A stretch of 32,000 bases of DNA from Aeropyrum pernix K1. Its GTDB lineage: Archaea > Thermoproteota > Thermoprotei_A > Sulfolobales > Acidilobaceae. The stretch is taken from contig NC_000854.2 of the NCBI RefSeq assembly GCF_000011125.1, positions 870,001-902,000 of the forward strand. Direction: 5' to 3'. A program made the translations under genes and the position numbers. Below, piece after piece: positions 28,644-32,000 of this stretch (position 1 is the stretch's first letter; each line of letters begins with the position of its first letter). Under the pieces are notes generated by a model. It saw only the letters and a program-made list of their open reading frames with translations, had not been told where the DNA came from and did not search any database.

Positions 28644-28966
28644 AATTAGAAATTATTTATTCACTATCGTTGTTTTTAATGTTTAGACCGCAGCGACTCT
28701 AAGAGCCTCTACAGACCCCACGCTATGAGTGCGGGTGCCGCGCGCTCACTGGTAGAGGGACTAGGCTAGCCACAAGGCCCGGCGCTCGTTAGCTCGGCCG
28801 CCCCTCCACAGGATCTACGAGAATGAGTTGCATGTCAGTATCTCTAGGCTGGCTAGTGCGCCTGCTCCTAGCACGCTGCAGATTTACGAGGAAATAGTTG
28901 CAGTTGCAAGTAAAGATAGTAAGGCTGGGAAAAGGAAGAAGGAAGCAGGTGACCGGTCCCAGGTAA

Positions 28967-29040
28967 GCACGCAGTAGCTAAGCTGACACAGCGCCGCCCT
29001 TGTAAGGCGGAGGCCCCGGGTTTAAATCCCGGCGGCTCCA
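28967..29040 (+). pseudogene. Degenerate tRNA-Thr(TGT)-like sequence
   Basis: The 3' half CCGCC CTTGTAA GGCGG AGGCC CCGGG TTTAAAT CCCGG ... GGCTCCA has intact anticodon and T arms. The 5' half (GCACGCAG TAGCTAAGCTGACACAGCG) is divergent, lacks the D-loop GG, and has no pairing acceptor strand. Confidence 0.5.
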
Positions 29041-29245
29041 CACCCTTGCCGCAACGTATCTCCCGCCTATCAACGGGGTTATCTTTGATTCCTATAGAGC
29101 TTGACTAGTCCCTCAGGCCATGGAGCGCTACATCTGCCATAATCCAGCCTTGTTAAGACGTCCCTAACGGGCGAAGCAAAATTATGCTAGAAGTAGTTTA
29201 GATACAGGTTGGGTGTAATATAGATTCTTTGTGAGTGGGTAGGGT

Positions 29246-30652
29246 TTAGAAGAATGAGTTTACTATCAGTGGCGCCGCTAGACCTATTACAGTAGTTATC
29301 AGGGCTGCAAGCACCAGCACGTACCTGCTTTCCTCCGATATCCTAGGGGGTTCTCCAGCCTCGTCTAGGGCGTCGCGCAGGAACCTAATGTAGTATACGG
29401 AGCTGACGCCGCTGTTTACGAGGGCCAGCAGAACCAGTATAGAGCTATAGCTTGTGGCGGGTAGGAACATGTAAAGTTTGCCCCAGAAGCCTACCAGCGG
29501 CGGAATCCCCAGGAGGCTAGCCAGTAGCACAGCGACACTCACAGCTGACACCCAGTCCCCTCTGAGTATACCCTTAACCCTCCCGCCTGTCTCGGCGGCC
29601 AGGCTAAAGAGGGGTGCCTTAGCTACAGCGTAGGCTACTGCCTGGAGCCCGATGCCTGCCAGCGCAATAGTGGGGTTGAGGCCCGCGCTCATGAGGTTGG
29701 CCACCGCCACCATACCGACTAGGAGGTAGCCCGTCTGGGCTATGCTACTATAGGCCAGCATCGCCCTTAAATCCCCTGTGTTGAGGGCTGAGACGTTACC
29801 CAGAGTCATTGTAGCCACTGCGGAAGCTGCTATAAGGAGGGCTAGGGCGTCGGCCTCGAAAGGCGTTAGCCCTCCTGAGAGAGTATAGACCAGCCTGACT
29901 AGTATGCCTAGGAAAGCAAGCTTCGCAACCCCTGCTACTATGGCTATGGCCCTGCCATCAGCCCTCCCGTAGACGTTTGGAACCCACCAGTGGAAGGGGA
30001 AGGCGCCCAGCTTGAACCCTATACTGGCCATTATGGCTACGACAGCGAGAGCCTCTAGTGCAAGTGGCGGGCGGAGTCCGGCGTAGAAAGCCGCTATCCA
30101 CACTGCAATGAAGAGGGTTGCCAGTGTACCCACGTAGATGTATCTCACTGCGGCTGCTACGCTATCCCTATCCCCAGGAAGGCCCGCAATTATGTAGGTA
30201 GCCACGGAGAGAACCAGCCACGACGCGAGTATAAGTAGCGGGCTTAGGCTGCCCATTAGGAAGAAGGTTCCAAAGAAGGTCAGTGGCAGGAGGCCGTAGT
30301 AGCCAGGGTGCGTCGGCCACTCCTCAGCTTTATAGTATGCTTGTATGTAGGCTAGAGCAGCAGCCAGAGCGGCGCCTAGAAGCATTACAGACGATAGCTT
30401 GTCATGAACTATCATATTGTTGGCCATAGTAAGGTTTCCATAGGCGAAGACATGGTATACCGTCGCTATGGCCGCCAATAGGAATGCAAGGACCGCTACG
30501 GCCGTCAGAGCCTGTATGTATCTCCTTAGGCTTGGTGAGGCGACGTATACTGCTGGTATTATTATGGCTAAGGCCAGATTCCCGTATATAAGGGCCATGA
30601 CGGCGTTTCCGACGAGTCCCGGGCTAACCATAGCTACCACCCCACTATCCAC
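29246..30652 (-). CDS. nuoN: NADH-quinone oxidoreductase subunit N-like (proton-translocating antiporter family)
   Basis: 468 aa polytopic protein. FKLGAFPFHWWVPNVYG..., MLAYSSIAQTGYLLVG, LLGIPPLVGFWGKLYMF. Confidence 0.87.
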   Translation of the reverse strand: MDSGVVAMVSPGLVGNAVMALIYGNLALAIIIPAVYVASPSLRRYIQALTAVAVLAFLLAAIATVYHVFAYGNLTMANNMIVHDKLSSVMLLGAALAAALAYIQAYYKAEEWPTHPGYYGLLPLTFFGTFFLMGSLSPLLILASWLVLSVATYIIAGLPGDRDSVAAAVRYIYVGTLATLFIAVWIAAFYAGLRPPLALEALAVVAIMASIGFKLGAFPFHWWVPNVYGRADGRAIAIVAGVAKLAFLGILVRLVYTLSGGLTPFEADALALLIAASAVATMTLGNVSALNTGDLRAMLAYSSIAQTGYLLVGMVAVANLMSAGLNPTIALAGIGLQAVAYAVAKAPLFSLAAETGGRVKGILRGDWVSAVSVAVLLASLLGIPPLVGFWGKLYMFLPATSYSSILVLLALVNSGVSSVYYIRFLRDALDEAGEPPRISEESRYVLVLAALITTVIGLAAPLIVNSFF

Positions 30653-32000
30653 CTAGGATCCTGATGAGGGGTCCAATCTTGTCCTCAAACACGGCATATG
30701 CCGCGAGAGCTGCAAAGGCAAGGGAGACTATGTATAGTGCTAGTATGTAGTCCGTCCTACCCCTGTATATCTTACGTGCTAGAAGCGCGAGGCCCCCGCC
30801 AGCCGCTACCAACAGGGAGTGGTATAGCAGGTCTATGCCGAGGTCTAGCTCCTGGAGGGCGGCGATGAGAGCACCTCCTCCGCCCACTATGATGATGTAC
30901 ACTATAGCGTTAAAGTACATCCTATCGTAGAGGAAGCCGTGTATCGCTGCTGCAGCCGCATTCTCCCTTATAATCCTCCGGAAGTCTGCCCTCAGCACCA
31001 TGTATAGCCCGGCTACTAGAGCTATAGAGGCTATAACCCCGGCCACAACGCTGTAGGTGAGGCTTGTCACCTTGAACCGTAGGAGTGCTTCCTCGACTGC
31101 TAGGCTGAGGGTAGCCGCTATGGAGAGTGTATTGAAGAACCCTGCAAACCCGATCCCCAGGGCTAGGCTAGCTAGGGCCAGGATTGTGTAGGGAACTAGC
31201 ATGAGAGGCGGTGCCTCGTGTAGATGTTTATCTCCGCTACTCTTCTCCTCGTACGGCGGAAGGTGGAAGACCCTTATTATCATGCGCGCAGTATATGCAG
31301 CTGTTAGCAAGGCAGTCAGCGCCGCCAGGCCTCCTATCACAGGCTCTGCTTTATACGCGATGGCTACTACCTCCTCCTTGGTGAAGAAGCCGCTCAAAGG
31401 CGGCACGCCGGCTAGGCTAAGTCCGGCTAGCCAGAACGCGGCGGCCGTGAGCTTCATGTACCTGGCGAAACCGCCCATATTGTCTATGAACCTGCTGTGG
31501 GCTGCATGTATAACCCATCCTGCTGCGAGGAATAGTGCTGCCTTGAAGACTGCATGGCTGACTAGGTGGCCCAGGCCTGCGGCGACGGCCTCTCCAGCCA
31601 GCTCAAGGGCCTCGCCGCCCGCTAGGACCGAGGCTATAACTCCCCCGGCCGCGGCGGCTAGTATCATGTAGCCTAGCTGGCTGGCTGTCGAGAAGGCTAG
31701 TATGAGTTTCAGCTCGTCGCTCACAAGTGCCATGAGGGATAGGAGTAGCGCTGTGAGGACAGCTATCCAGGCTATTAGGGTGAAGTATGAGCCGACGCCG
31801 CTGAGGACCTCGGGCGCCCCAGCCGCTAGGGCACCTGCAACGATTATCGGTGCGAATCTGAGCACAAAGTACACGCCCGCCTTAACCATGGTTGCCGCGT
31901 GTATTAGTGCGGAGACGGGTGTTGGACCTGTCATAGCTGTCACAAGCCACTCGTGGAACGGTACCTGGGCACTCTTGGCTAGGGCGCCGAGGGTGAATAT
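30645..32000 (-). CDS. nuoL: NADH-quinone oxidoreductase subunit L-like, 5' truncated by window edge
   Basis: The reading frame stays open to base 32000 (IFTLGALAKSAQVPFHEWLVTAMTGPTPVSALIHAATMVKAGVYFVLR). AFSTASQLGYMIL, LAGVPPLSGFFTKEE and the C-terminal HLHEAPPLMLVPYTILALASLALG are NuoL-like. Confidence 0.9.
   Translation of the reverse strand: MFTLGALAKSAQVPFHEWLVTAMTGPTPVSALIHAATMVKAGVYFVLRFAPIIVAGALAAGAPEVLSGVGSYFTLIAWIAVLTALLLSLMALVSDELKLILAFSTASQLGYMILAAAAGGVIASVLAGGEALELAGEAVAAGLGHLVSHAVFKAALFLAAGWVIHAAHSRFIDNMGGFARYMKLTAAAFWLAGLSLAGVPPLSGFFTKEEVVAIAYKAEPVIGGLAALTALLTAAYTARMIIRVFHLPPYEEKSSGDKHLHEAPPLMLVPYTILALASLALGIGFAGFFNTLSIAATLSLAVEEALLRFKVTSLTYSVVAGVIASIALVAGLYMVLRADFRRIIRENAAAAAIHGFLYDRMYFNAIVYIIIVGGGGALIAALQELDLGIDLLYHSLLVAAGGGLALLARKIYRGRTDYILALYIVSLAFAALAAYAVFEDKIGPLIRILGG

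Noticed and set aside
28700-29040. Ordinary 5S, SRP or RNase P RNA gene
   Set aside because: I could not find the conserved motifs of these RNAs in this interval. Only the tRNA-like arms and local hairpins are supportable.

Overview
The window looks like a GC-rich genome segment from a hyperthermophilic crenarchaeon, judged from reverse gyrase, CDC48, A-type ATPase parts and CCA-encoding tRNA genes. It is mostly ordinary housekeeping and transport sequence. In order it holds: CDC48 AAA ATPase (5' truncated by the window), tRNA-Ser(TGA), a hypothetical ORF, an MgtC/SapB-DUF4010 membrane protein, reverse gyrase, an ABC exporter pair, an NCS1-type permease, tRNA-Phe(GAA), cis-prenyltransferase, glutamate dehydrogenase, a DUF1028 protein, a complete five-gene oligopeptide ABC transporter cluster, AroA, probable A-ATPase subunits H-like and C, a wHTH ORF plus zinc-ribbon ORF, a secreted/membrane gene pair, a degenerate tRNA-Thr-like locus, and NuoN/NuoL-like subunits (the last truncated at the right edge). 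The best non-obvious signal is a candidate C/D box sRNA at about 2278-2333. It has C, D', C' and D boxes and exact 12-nt C-D' and C'-D spacers. Its D guide is complementary over 11 nt to the universally conserved 23S rRNA peptidyl-transferase segment CCGGGGAUAAC, and it overlaps the predicted start of the 2311 ORF. The second is the atypical noncoding-like region 28700-29040 with tRNA-Thr-like fragments and a coding-like remnant. I found no CRISPR array, IS element or convincing new defence or biosynthetic system.
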